This document shows, in pieces, positions 38,763 to 51,900 of a stretch of DNA of 64,000 bases. The notes under the pieces are model-generated. The model was not told the DNA's origin. It ran no database searches and saw only the letters and a program-made list of their open reading frames with translations. The position numbers and the translations under genes are program-made. Each line of letters begins with the position of its first letter. Positions within the stretch are counted from its first letter, which is position 1. Where the stretch lies: positions 10,664,001-10,728,000 of the forward strand of contig NC_134028.1 in assembly GCF_964204645.1 (NCBI RefSeq), written 5' to 3'. Source of the DNA: Tubulanus polymorphus. Taxonomy: Eukaryota > Animalia > Nemertea.

Positions 38763-40323
38763 AGATACATAAATCTACGTTAGGTATGTTCATGTCCGCG
38801 TGGGGCGCCACTATCGATTGTGACGACCATTATTGATTAGGAAAAGTGTGATGCGCGTTTTTACTACGCGTTTTGACATCGCGTAGTAAAATCATTCATA
38901 AAACCTGTCTATCAATGCAAATGAGCTAAAATCTTTTGGAATCAACCAATAAGATCGATCTTTTTCACTTGGGGGTTGGTTTAGTGTATAAATCCGCATT
39001 TTAGTCGAAGAAAATAGAAATCGAAATATACCCTTTTTCAAGAGCAAAATTCGTCAGCTTAGGACCCGGAATAAGCGACTAATCATCAGGAATCGGAATT
39101 TTTAGGATCTTAAAATTCAAATACTGAAGACCGCATGATTTTATTTCGTGTCGGGGCTGAGCGATCGCTGCCGGAAAAGTCGGTCTAAGTTTTGCGTTGA
39201 AGCGAGCGATACAAAATGGCGGCCGGCACTTGTTTTTGAATGATGACGCGCCGCGCTGCTCATGATGAGATCAATATTCAACAATTATTCATCGGTCTAG
39301 CGGTGAATTATTGTATTTATTTTCCGATTCATAATTATTCATCACTATATTTCAGAATATTAGGACAGATTTAGCGAAATGATCGACAAAAAAATTTTTT
39401 TTTTTGCGCGCGGATCGCCACTACGCTCCCGTCGGCGAAGGGGCTGTTGAAAGAGGGAGGCGTCTAATGGGATGAATTGAGGCTTGTGACGGGCAAAAAA
39501 AGAGGCGCGTGATGGGACAATGAGGCTCCCGAGGGGATTTTCCAAAAGCAGCAAAATTGAAATATATATAAAAAATTGTTGAAATTTAGCTCAAAACAAA
39601 ACAAATGGATTATTATTTGGTTATTATTAGTAGTATTATTACTATTGCTTGGTTAATCTTTCTAAACTGATTGATTTTATTATGATATCATGAATATATT
39701 TCAAATATCAGCGTTTTGAGCTAGGCCAAGCCTAATTTTCTGCTTTTCTTAACTAAAATTCATTTAGCAAATAATATATAAAATTGGTATATTTAAATCA
39801 ATTTGCAATATGAGCCTATGGCTATAGACCTAACTGACTGGCCTTGATAATCATGTTTATTCATTTCAAAAATTATGTAGTGAAAAAAATAATTTCATCT
39901 GAAATCATATCAATATTTCTCAATATTTCACATTTTTTCTTGCCGTTACCATGGAAACCTAATAATAATAATCTATATAATAATAGATATTCCTAGATAA
40001 ACTTAGGGCAAACATAAACTATTGATAACTAGTTATTCTATCCCCTTTCTACATCATAACTTTTGATCTAACATCGATATTTTCATTATTTTACCATTTT
40101 TCGGCTGGTTTCCATGGAAACCATAGGCATTTGGAATCAGATAAAAATTTTGGGTCTTTCAACTGTCACCTGAAAGTGCTATGAGTGCATTGCTCTTTAA
40201 ATTTCTAGTCTATCTCTTTTAGTTTAAGAGATATTGAAGTTTGTTTACATGTAATATTGCCTTCTTAGATCACAGTTTTTGTGTATTGAAACATGAAGAC
40301 ACTTTTCGCTCAAATTTTCATAT

Positions 40324-43190
40324 GAGTCATTCTGCAGAATTTCCAGAACCTGCCCTAAGAGGCCACATGGCTTCTCAGGGCAGGAACCTGCCCTGAGAGG
40401 CCAGTCGTTTGAATCAATAGAAAATGAAAACCCATTCAACAGAGAGCTGAAATGGTGGCAAGGTGATCGGGATATTCGAGATTCAAACTAAAGTTTTCGA
40501 TCATACAATAGAAGACTACGCTGTATTCTATAGAAATAAATTAAGAAATACAAATGCTTTTAATCATATTAAGCTAAAACAGTTAAAAAGTCAAGACGAT
40601 AGGGAAACGAAAGTTACAACTAAAATCAAAATATGAATTTTTGTTGAAATATATAAGAAAATAGAATTAGAATTGGTATTTTTCAGAAAAAAATTAAAAA
40701 ATACTAATATTTTTCATAGAAATAAAGAAATGAAAAAAACTTTTTTCTGTGGGAACATTTCTTATCAAAACATCATCAAAAATTTCATCTATAACTTAAT
40801 GAAGAAGAAAAATCACAATTATTCTCAGGAATAGTATTTTGCTGCTATGTTAGGTAATTAATGATAACGATGATACAAGTTTTTGTAACAATTAAATTAT
40901 ATGATTCCAAGCGGCGCTGTTTTTATTTGTAATCTATAATTTACAATTAACGTGCTATGTTTCTTCGACCAATTTCTTTGCACTTCACTTTCTTGTGTTA
41001 CAATTGCATACGTATTTCTATACATTGTTTGCATCAATAAATATGAATGCACTTGCAACAAATGGCCCCTCAGGGTAGGTTGATATCGGAAGTCAAACTG
41101 CAGCAGTTAAACTAGCCTCTCAGGGCAGGTGATATCTCCAGAGTGAAACTGGCCTCTCAGGGCAGGTTGATATCGGAAGTCAAACTGCAGCAGTTGAACT
41201 GGCCTCTCAGGGCAGGTTGATTTCTGCAGAATCAAAACTGGCCTCAGGGCAGGTTGATATCAGAACTAAAACTGCAGCAGTTAAACTGGCCTCTCAGGGC
41301 AGGTTGATATCGGAAATCAATCTGCAGCAGTTGAACTGGCCTCTCAGGGCAGGTTGATTTCTGCAGAACGAAACTGGCCTCTCAGGGCAGGTTGATTTCT
41401 GCAGAATCAAAACTGGCCTCAGGGCAAGTTGACATCGGAAGTCAATCTGCAGCAGTTGAACTGGCCTCTCAGGGCAGGTTGATTTCTGCAGAATGAAAGT
41501 GGCCTCTCAGGGCAGGTTGACATCTGAAGTCAATCTGCAGCAGTTGAACTGGCCTCTCAGGGCAGGTTGATATCGGAAGTCAAACTGCAGCAGTTAAACT
41601 TGCCTCTCAGGGCAGGTTGATTTCTGCAGAATGAAAGTGGCCACTCAGGGCAGGTTGATTTCTGCAGAATGAAAGTGGCCTCTCAGGGCAGGTTGGTGTC
41701 AGAAGTCAAACTGCAGCAATGAAACTGGCCTCTCAGGACAGGTGATATCTGCAGAATGAAACTGGCCTCTCAGGACAGGTGATATCTGCAGAATGAAAGT
41801 GGCCTCTCAGGGCAGGTTGATTTCTGCAGAATGAAAGTGGCCTCTCAGGGCAGGTTGGTGTCAGAAGTCAAACTGCAGCAATGAAACTGGCCTCTCAGGA
41901 CAGGTGATATCTGCAGAATGAAACTGGCCTCTCAGGACAGGTGATATCTGCAGAATGAAACTGGCCTCTCAGGGCAGGTTGATTTCTGCAGAATGAAAGT
42001 GGCCTCTCAGGGCAGGTTGATTTCTGCAGACTGAAAGTGGCCTCTCAGGGCAGGTTGATATCTGAAGTCAAACTGCAGCAGTTGAACTGGCCTCTCAGGG
42101 CAGGTTGATATCGGAAGTCAATCTGCAGCAGTTGAACTGGCCTCTCAGGGCAGGTTGATATCTGAAGTCAAACTGCAGCAGTTGAACTGGCCTCTCAGGG
42201 CAGGTTGACATCGAAAGTCAATCTGCAGCAGTTGAACTGGCCTCTCAGGGCAGGTTGATATCTGAAGTCAATCTGCAGCAGTTGAACTGGCCTCTCAGGG
42301 CAGGTTGACATCGGAAGTCAATCTGCAGCAGTTGAACTGGCCTCTCAGGGCAGGTTGATATCTGAAGTCAAACTGCAGCAGTTGAACTGGTCTCTCAGGG
42401 CAGGTGATCTGCAGAACTCAAACTGCAGTAGTTAAACTAGCCTCTCAGGGCAGGTTGACGACAGTAGACTACGTATATAATTGCACCCGCAGGGCTGATC
42501 AGATTAGATTTAATTGTGTAGGCCTATGCCTTATTGCTTGTGGCAACTATAATTATGCCATTGTCATTAGATAAAGTATAAAACTGATTAAAGTTGGCCT
42601 GCGCTTAGGTAATTAACCTAACGAAAAAATAATATGACATATGATCAACCAACCCTTACCCCGAAGAAAAATATGATCAGCAGAATTACAATAGAGTTGC
42701 TGCGAAAGCAGTAGAAACCCCCAAAAAATTCACAGTTGAATAAGAATATACAGCATATTGAAACGCACTAATATCAGTGGACGACACAAATTGTTTATGT
42801 AGGCCTAGGCCTATAGGATATTTGAATAATTAAATTAATGCTTTGAAATTTATATAATCCCCATAACTTTCCGTCGTCGGTTAACTACATGACTTTTTAG
42901 AAATACATTTCTTATTATGAATGAATTTTAACTGAAATATTACTTTCGTTTTATTTGTTAAGTATCGATGTATCAATACATTTAATTTATTTAATTTTAA
43001 TCCATTTAATTTCATGATACTCGACAATGTGCATGCAAACATCGGCGAAATGGTTCGCCGTTTCATCAGAATTATAGCAGAGTTTTCCATTTATACTGCT
43101 TAATTGCACCAATGGCCTCTCAGGGCAGGTTCCTGCCCTGAGAAGCCATGTCGCCTCTCAGGGCAGGTCTGCGGATTCTTAAGAATGACC
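40324..43190. mobile_element. Non-autonomous TIR element (G(A/G)GTCATTC ends, Sola2-like) with ~75-bp TIRs and an internal tandem array
   Basis: gagtcattct..cctgccctaagaggccacatggcttctcagggcaggaacctgccctgagaggcca is inverted at 43112-43190. TSD not clear. Confidence 0.75.
41062..42458 (+). repeat. Composite minisatellite: about 32 copies of the core GGCCTCTCAGGGCAGGT in ~38-bp and ~50-bp units
   Basis: Directly visible. Two linker types (gatttctgcagaatgaaagt; gatatcggaagtcaaactgcagcagttgaact). Confidence 0.95.
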
Positions 43191-43889
43191 CTTCTCCAAA
43201 TTTCAAACTTCAATTTGCAATATCTTGAAAACTACTGAAGATAATTCAAAAATTTAAAAAGCATATTGTTATTTGAGCACTCCCCATTCCAACAAGCTTT
43301 CTTTCAGTAAGATTGGAGCTATTTGAATTTTTTATGGATATAGCTATCTACGTATTTTCATCGACCTGTGATATATTCCTTTTAAACATATAGCCTAGTT
43401 ACCAGGGATACTGGATGATCTAAGCTACAATTCGCCATCAAACTTAAAATTTGAGCTCCTGAAGAAAAATGCAAGCCAATCGACAAACCCATGTGGTATC
43501 TGCCCATGAGTTTTGCTACGGATCAGCTTGTAATAAAATTACATTGAAATTGAAGCTGTTGGGTCCGCGAAATTACCGGTACGACGATTCATTTAGTTCT
43601 GCAATCAGATACATACCATATTGCTGCTTATGAATATATAAGAATATATCAATAGTCAGTCTAAACTGGCAAACATTTCATGGCAAATAGGTGGTCAGAT
43701 ACAAATCAGGAAACATGACGTGTGGAAACGTCAGCCATTATCAAACTAACTACCACATGGAACTGATAAGAGAAATGGCGGCTATAAACCGGTGTAAATC
43801 AACTTAGATTAAACTTTTGTTTAAAAAGATGGCGTCTCCACAAGAAGGCGCCACACAACGACAGCTTCGGCGAGAGAAGATTTATATCA

Positions 43890-44068
43890 TAAAGCGCAGA
43901 GAGCAATGCTCAGGCTGATAAACAAATGCCGCAATTTAAACCTTCCTTTTTTGACATCCAACTGAAAATATTCGATTCCACTGTTTTACCTATTGCTATG
44001 TACGCCTCTGAAGTGTGGGGCTTTGAAGATCTTAAATTGTTCGAGACTTTACAGTTTAAATTTCTGAA
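43890..44068 (+). pseudogene. Non-LTR retrotransposon (RTE-X-like) RT C-terminal region, left part, 5' truncated
   Basis: KAQRAM..KCRNLNLP.DIQLKIFDSTVLPIAMYASEVWGF..FKFL. Continues at 59338. Confidence 0.8.
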
Positions 44069-44346
44069 CACTATCAGAGTCCTCCTTTGAGAGTGCGGAA
44101 AATGAGCGGAAAATTCAATGCTGAAAAATAGCTGAATTTGAGCGGAAATTCACTGAAAATGAGCGGAATTTAACATTTGTAGCGTACTGAAAATGAGCTG
44201 AATTTGAGCGGAACATGTCCCCCTTCCGCTTATTTTCCGCTCATTTTCTGCTGGTTCCCTTAGCTGTTTTTGAGCGGAAAATTAACAAAAATTCTTTCAG
44301 CCTCGATTTGGACTAATTAGCGTTATTTGATTCATAGCGTTTTCAA

Positions 44347-44560
44347 GATTGATAGAACACTATATCCGTGTTGACGCGATGTAGAGAGAATCCCACAATT
44401 AGGCCTATAACGAAAAAGTCCGAAAATGAAACTTCGAGATAGTAGTTTATTTCAACGTTTCGACTATATCCTAATAGTCATCTTCAGGAATAATGAGAAA
44501 CTACAAAAATTATGAGATATATATACAATCCAGAGACAAAGAGACTAATTCAAGTAATCA
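44347..44560 (-). mobile_element. Penelope-like pLTR fragment, copy 2, with hammerhead motif (about 44447-44493)
   Basis: Minus strand: ttattc CTGAAGA t gactat taggat atagtc GAAAC GTT gaaataa. Confidence 0.7.
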
Positions 44561-45049
44561 GGGTCTTCGTTTTAGTAGTGCATAGTTTTAGTGACACCCG
44601 CAACTAGCGGCTTCTTGTAGGCGATAAACCCAGTTGTGTCGATAGGCGTCGCGTTGCTTGTCATCATAAGCCATTTATTGGCTCGATTTCGCACCACGGT
44701 GTCTGTGGTGACACGGCATCCCTATTTTGACGTAATTTTTGCGTGCTCTTCCTGCCTTAGTTTTCTGATTTTTAAACATTAGCAGCAGTACAGGTACAGA
44801 TCCAGAAGGGATTCGGGGGTCTCCATTTTTCCCCCTTTTCTGATAAAGTGCCCTGTTGAAAATCACTCGTGAAAAATTCCACCTGACATTGATCTATGAC
44901 AAAAGTCCACAGTACTTCTTAAAGCTGTAATATGCACTAAAACTGTATAAAATTGTACCTTAATTTTAAAATTTTTTTCAGCAGGACTCCGAAACCTCTT
45001 GCAAAGGAAATGGGAGCCCTCCACCAGGTATATGATAGTCTCATGGTTC

Positions 45050-45910
45050 CTACAGATTGGTCTTTCCAGAATTTTAGGGCTTTTTTAGGGTTTTTTAGAT
45101 GATAACCTAAATTTTAGGGTCCAATTATAATAAATTATCAACACGGTGTTTCTACTCAAACTAAAAACAAAAATCAAAAGCATATAACCATACGTATTAA
45201 CAAAAACCCATATTTATTCTGCAATGTGTTCATATTCACAAAAGTAACAATGATAATCCGCACGATTAGAATGTCTATGCTCAAATCTGTGAAATTGCGT
45301 TTAGAGTTTCCATTTCTTCTTCCACAACAGACAGTTCACTGGCTTTGTCTTTTGCACGTCTTCGTAATGTATTCGATTGTGTAAGAAGGGAAAGCGCTCT
45401 GTTCTCCCCAGCAGGGTCTGCGAGTGTCCCTGAAGTTGAATTCAATGAAATAATGTCCGTTTCGAGGCGTCTCTTTTTCGATGCGAATTTGACTAACTCA
45501 TCTTCATAGAGTCTCAATAGAAGAGTTTGACAATCATTGTAGAAACTCAGTTTAGCATCTTTTATTGCCACTTTGGTTGCAGAGCCAACTTTGACCTGAA
45601 AATCAATATTGGACAAACATGAATTAGAATAAATTTTCTCGGAAAAATATCTACACTACAAAAGTGCAGCAATAAATATCACATTCACAGCTAGTTCCTA
45701 TTAATGTAACATTTGATGAATATGATCTTCCAGGACAGTTGAATATTAAGGCCTATGTAAAATGCAATTTCGTTAAAAGGTTCTTACCTTAACAGGAAGA
45801 ACTTTCTTCTCAAATCAACATTTGTAATCTTGTACTAGTAACAGCAGACTGCATAACTTCAGGATCAACATAATCGTAACATAAGCCCTCGTAGAACTGA
45901 TGAGAGCTCT
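45050..45910 (-). pseudogene. Second, heavily deleted hAT5-type transposase remnant
   Basis: KKRRLETDIISLNS..LAD..LLTQSNTLRRRAKDK resembles the C-terminus encoded at 7711-8127. Subterminal ttttaggg repeats. Confidence 0.65.
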
Positions 45911-48900
45911 TCTTCTTCATTATGAGAATGCCGGTTTGCTAGCGTATCTATTTAACACCCGTATTGCTCGGGTTAGTTTTACTACCAACGGGTGGCGCTG
46001 TGTGTAAATTTCACATAAATCAACGACTTTCGGCTATTAGCGGTACTTAAGACCACTTGAAAACATCATAGTCAATTACGGTAGTAGTGAAAATAAAAAG
46101 TTACAGTTCGGTGTACAGCACCATAGCACCCATATAATACCACATACATTTTATTCAGACTAAGGACTTAGTTAACACTGATCTTCATTTCCATTAATTA
46201 ATGATCTGTTGAATTAATTAGTAATTCAGTCTTTCGGTGGTTCGAGATAAAATGCCCGCAAAATTAGAACTAACGAACCAGGGCTGACCACAAATTGCCC
46301 AACAGATAAATTTTCCGAAACGACACAATAATGTTTAGTATCAAATAACTCGTGGCGTGGACCTTGGTCTATCAACTGACCAATGCATGACCAGTACTGG
46401 CTATATAGTAAATTATCTGTTTTGCAAACAATTAAGTTATTTGGTGTCAAATAACTAGATATAATGTGGACATTGAACTAAAAATTGTTTAACTGACCAA
46501 TGCTTGACCAGTACTGACCAGTTACCACTAACTAGAACCCACCATATGTAATTTATATGTTTAGTAAAGCAATAAAATCGTGTTTGGGCGTCGAGCTACT
46601 AGATACGGTGCGGGCTATGATCTAACAACTATTTAACTGACCAATATTTTACCAATACTGACCTTAAAGTAATTTGTTTATTCTAGAAGCAACACAGTCG
46701 TGTTTGGTGTCAAATAATTAGAAATGGTGTGGGCTTTCATCTAACAACTATTCAAGTGACCAAATCTTGACCAATACTGACCACATAGCTATATTTATCT
46801 GTTTCGGACACAACTTAGTCGTGTCTCGTATCAAATAATTTCATTCGGTCTGAACGTAAATATAATATCTCTTTTACCTGTACAAGCTACACCAGTACTG
46901 TCTAATTACCGGTTAAATGTTTTTAGAAATAACACGGGGTATTGCCTGAATCCTTCCTCAGTACTACTCTTATTAAATGTGTCGTTTTAAAAGTCTTGTC
47001 CAATTTTTATTGTAGGAAGCGAGCTAACTTTGAAATTTCCCACTAAATGCAAAAGATTTTCACATCGGGTTTTGAACGAACAACGTTTCGATTTGTAATT
47101 CTAACGTGCGCATTTGAGCCTGTAACGTGCACATTTCACTCGCGTGAACGTGCGTATCGGTACCATCATGCGAAACTTGTCAAACTTTTGCGTTCAAGAC
47201 GTTTAAACTGAACACTAAAGGAGATATTATATCATATCACATCATATCATATCATATATATATGAATAATGAATAGATGGAAGATAATGTAGTAGTTTTG
47301 AATGTTTCGTAACTGCTGTCCACTGACCGCAGATCATCAAAGTTAATCGCCTCATATGAAATATATATATTCGTTATAAGGGATGTAGTAGTTCAGTGAG
47401 AATTCAAACTTATGGGTAATTTTAAGTGATCACAACGCTGACCAATAGAGAAAGCTGTATCACAACAAAATTGCGACTTACGTATCTTATTGAAACATTG
47501 TAAAATACCGGAGAGTAAATGGGAGAACCCTGAATTCGAAACAATTCTACACTCGGATCGTTTACTTTGAAAACACAAATTGCAATTTGTGGACATCCAT
47601 TATTTCTGCACCAAAAGCATGAAGTATATTATCTTTGCTCGTAAAAATTTGAAATTTTGAGGAAGATTTTTGGCCTCATTAACCTGTGAACACGTCCTTC
47701 ATATATTTTCTAAGACCGATCTTGATATAATGCTGAGAGTTTAGAGAAAATTATGGTAGGATGTAAACTTAGGCCGCTTCGTATCCGTGGAAGGTTGCTA
47801 ATTATTGATCTTATACACAATAATCATAAGTACCATGAGATTCGATAGAATATCGTTTTTCAATCATACGTACACGAATTATCGCGATATACAGATAAAT
47901 AGTACTCTAATATACTTTTTACTTCTTATACTGAATATTTCTTTAGAAGTATTAATGAAGAGTGGATCAGCAGGCTACCTGAGCCCATTCCAAGATTTGA
48001 GGTCAGTTGCCAAAAGTTAGTAAGTTTACATACCAGTGGATAGTTATCATTTAAAATGACAATTAAAACTTCATTGCTAAAAATAACTTTGTATTCGTAG
48101 AATAGTCACACTCAAATGCGGAGAATTGATAATACCATAATACGATACGAAAATTCACTGTGTACAAATTCAAAAAGATGATCTCTAGTGAAAGATCGAA
48201 CGTTGTGTCGTTATTTTCTAATGATAAAACTTGGTTTGAGATTTGAAATGTGTACATATTGGATCTTTTTCATATCAACAGTGTATTTGGTCATGTATCA
48301 TATTGTATAATGGTTAATTTAAACTAACTGGTTTTAGAGTTGTATCCTTAAATCCTGTAATAGAGGATGCAATCTTTTTGCGGCAAACAGTACAAATAGC
48401 TAGAAAAAGCAACGATAGTGCATTGGTAAACTTAAAGCAAGCGTACATTGGTTGTTTAGGTTTTTCGTTGGGAAAATTAATGTTTAATCATTATTGAAAT
48501 ATCCGAGGCGAGCTTTTCCAGGCATTTACAAAGTTGAGCTTTACACAAGGAATTTTTTTGTAGTCCGATATCCGTGATTACCTCTGGCTTGGAGAGATAC
48601 AATCTTCAAGCAACCGTCGAGTCAAATATTTCACCACAATTTTCTATGATTAGTAAAAAGATTAAGTAATAGCGTGGCTTGAATTATTACGATAACTAAA
48701 ATCAGGGACCACGATACTTGCTCATCTACACTGGCTTTCAATTTAACAAAGGATTGAATTTGAGTGTTTGATGTTGTAACAATAGGCCTACCATACTGAA
48801 TTACGGATTCACTTTCTACTTTTTGATTGAACATTTATATCACATATTGGGTCATTTAATTTTTACCAGTATAGGCCTAATTGGAAGAACCTATCCGCAT

Positions 48901-49062
48901 ATCATGTTTAATTTTATATAATCTGACTTTTGAGATGTCATTCAATCAATGCATTCATATGCGGTCGTCGCTTTCAAAAGCCACCACGGACTGACTCCTT
49001 AGCGATACCTTGGCGGACGATCCCACACGTTTCTTGCTCCAGCCCTAGAATGCTCAATTATA

Positions 49063-49469
49063 AGGCGCTTTTACGAAATTGAATCTGATTCGGTTTAGCT
49101 AAATCCGATTCGATGTTGGAAAACGTAAGGATTAGTAAATCGAATCGTTTTTCGTAAATGAGTCGAATCAATTTATCAATCTTAAGGTCGCGATTCGAAA
49201 GAAAATGGGCGTCAATGGTGACCGAATTATTGATAGATGATGGTCTGCAATAGATGTCTTTAGCCCGCGGTCGAAGAGGACGCCATGTTGGATTTCACTG
49301 ACTAAATCGCCACTAACTTGCTCGCCGAGCAAGTTAGTCGATTTAATAAATCAATTTACTAAACCGCGTCCATAAACGAGTTGATTTACCATATCGGATT
49401 CACTAAACCGCGTGCCGTAAACGTGAAACTTAAATCGATTTACAAAGATTCAGTTTCGTAAAAGCGCCT
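49063..49469. mobile_element. Harbinger-like MITE
   Basis: ATA|aggcgcttttacgaaattgaatc..gattcagtttcgtaaaagcgcct|ATA. Confidence 0.75.
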
Positions 49470-50307
49470 ATAGTCGTTATGAACACCCGATTTCAATTCA
49501 AATTCAAAAGACTCCTAAAAACGCACCTGTTTACTCGATTACTGTAAAGCGCCTTTGAGCATTTATATGCAAGAATCAGTGAAATTGGCGCTTTATCAGT
49601 TGTATTCATCATTCAAACCATTATTCTCCTTATCCTATGAATTTGGAGACCCATCCTCGCATGAGAATGAATATAATGTGATTTCAATTAAAGATGACAC
49701 ATGGCCTCATATCATTACGTTATGTTTTTAACGGGTGGACGAGATTATATTCTTATGTTTTTGTTTCTCTGAATGTCGCTATTTAAGAGTTCAATAATAA
49801 TTTCAGTCAACCAAACAAAGGATTTTTCTGTATGTTTCGTGTCCTGTTTTTCCATAACCCTAGGACTGCATTTTAGGTATTTTTTGTGGATGACCGAACG
49901 CTGCTGTCCCTTCCTAGTAATTTGATGATATCTGTCGAAATCTAAATTTTAAAAAGGAATCAGGCATATCTCCTTGTTTGACTAAGTAAGAACTCAACTT
50001 TAAGGGACACTCCCTTAAAGGCGCCGAAGAAAAATCATTTGTCGAGTGGAGATGATATTGTGTCAGAATTTCTTCAAAAGCAGAGAAAATTGAATATTTT
50101 GAAAATAATGATTTCACATGTATGTTTGAATCCGTTATAACTGGAGCAATTTTCATAAAAACATATCTATGGAATCAACGAAATGTAATTAAGAAGAATA
50201 CTATGTTTAAGTGTTCCCATTAAACGAACCGACTGCGAGCCGAGTCGATGTGAGATGTGACCTACACTGAAAATCTCAAGCGCTACCACTGGTTCCCTTA
50301 TGAAAAT

Positions 50308-50660
50308 GGTACACGTGTAATTGTAAATGAAAATACACGTGTATTTCAAGTACACGTGTAAAATTGGCCCAATTTTACACGTGTACTTTATCCCAATTAC
50401 ACGTGTACTTCATCCTAATTACACGTGTACTTCATCCAAATTACACGTGTATTACACGTGTACTTCATCCTAATTACACGTGTACTTCATCCTTATTACA
50501 CGTGTACTTCATCCAAATTACACGTGTATTACACGTGTACTTCATCCTTATTACACGTGTTTTTCATCTTGTATTACACGTGTACTTTATCCTAATTACA
50601 TGTGTATTTCATCCAATATTACACGTGTCTTACACGTGTACTTCATGCTAAATACAGGTG
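50308..50660. repeat. TACACGTGTA palindrome array (left); matching array at about 55640-55885
   Basis: Directly visible, roughly 22-bp spacing. Confidence 0.9.
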
Positions 50661-51103
50661 TCTTCAATTGCTATTTTTTGTTGAATTCAAATCAAACCAC
50701 CATGTGAGGACCATTTCCTTAATCCATGTGCTGTTTAGAATGAACGTACTCAAGAGATTCACATTTTCCATACTAACTGATTTATTCATCTTCATAAATT
50801 TTATAAATCTTTGAGTAATGGCATGTCTTATGTTGGCCTCTTTCGCACCCTTCTCCTTTTGACATTGTTCTGAAATGATAACCATTTGAAAAAAATTAAG
50901 CAAAAGTATAAAATGATTTCTTTACCCGGATAAATAATTCAACTTCAGCTGCTTGGGATGATGATTGAATTCTGTAGCTTTTTCTAAGAGTCTTCTGATA
51001 TAACAGTTAACAGTTTTTGCACTCTTCAATGACTTGATTTTAAGCCATATGGTGAAATGCTTGACAATCTGGAAATTTCAATGTTCAACGCCACCTGATG
51101 AAA

Positions 51104-51900
51104 AACAAGGGGTCTAGGGACACCATGCCCATATGGTTTCGAATGCTAACCAATCAACATAATAAAATAGAAACAGGACATTGAAACTCACCACTATCAT
51201 AGAACATGTCACAAGCTACAATTTCATAATTGATCGATGTTATAAAGTATTCATAGGTACAAAAATAAATTAGACAAATTGTATATAATTCAATATTCAA
51301 CTCCCCCTGGTGGTGAGAACAAAAACCTGGGTAACCCCAATTCCACATGAGATGAATACTACAACAGTGGTAACAATTATCAAATATCAAGACTATAACA
51401 AAACCTGTCGATATTTTCCTTCAAAAACCTTTTTCTATCTACGAATAAGAACTGATGACACTAAGATGGCTGCCAAATGTGTCACGCATGACTGATCGAA
51501 AAATCTGTCTCGTATGTTTTAGATTGTTAAGAATGTACACCCATTACAAATTTCAAAGAAAAATTGCAAACCATTAGGCAGCTACAAGGCAAAAATGACC
51601 TTTTTGGGTACAAAAAAGGTCACATGATGGCCATCTTGTGTCAAGATTGAAGCATCTTCAAAATTTCCCTTGAAAACTTCAAAAAATTGCATAAGTGATG
51701 ATTTTGGGGAATGAAAATGGCCAATGCAGTTGGCCATCTCGATTCGGACCAGTTTTGGGCTGGAGACATGGCTAGGATAGATATATGTATAACTTAAACA
51801 TCAAGAGTATTAAAACCTCCCAAAATACTGGATTCCAACAACAGACGAACAAAGGGTGAATGCAATAGCCCGCTTGGACTAAAGTCTCAAATGGACTAAA
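51104..51900 (-). mobile_element. Diverged HINE family A relative
   Basis: aacaagggggtctagggacaccatgccca ... gcaatagcccgcttggactaaagtctcaaatggactaaa. Confidence 0.7.

Noticed and set aside
39944-40122. RFX X-box-like palindromes (gttaccatggaaac, gtttccatggaaac)
   Set aside because: Embedded in TE-like sequence where such motifs are common, with no support for regulatory use.
41062-42458. CRISPR-like repeat-spacer appearance
   Set aside because: The linkers are themselves repeated (two classes), there are no cas genes, and the context is a eukaryotic TE.
50364-50814. Repetitive ORFs (ITRVLH..)
   Set aside because: Translations of the ACACGTGT array.
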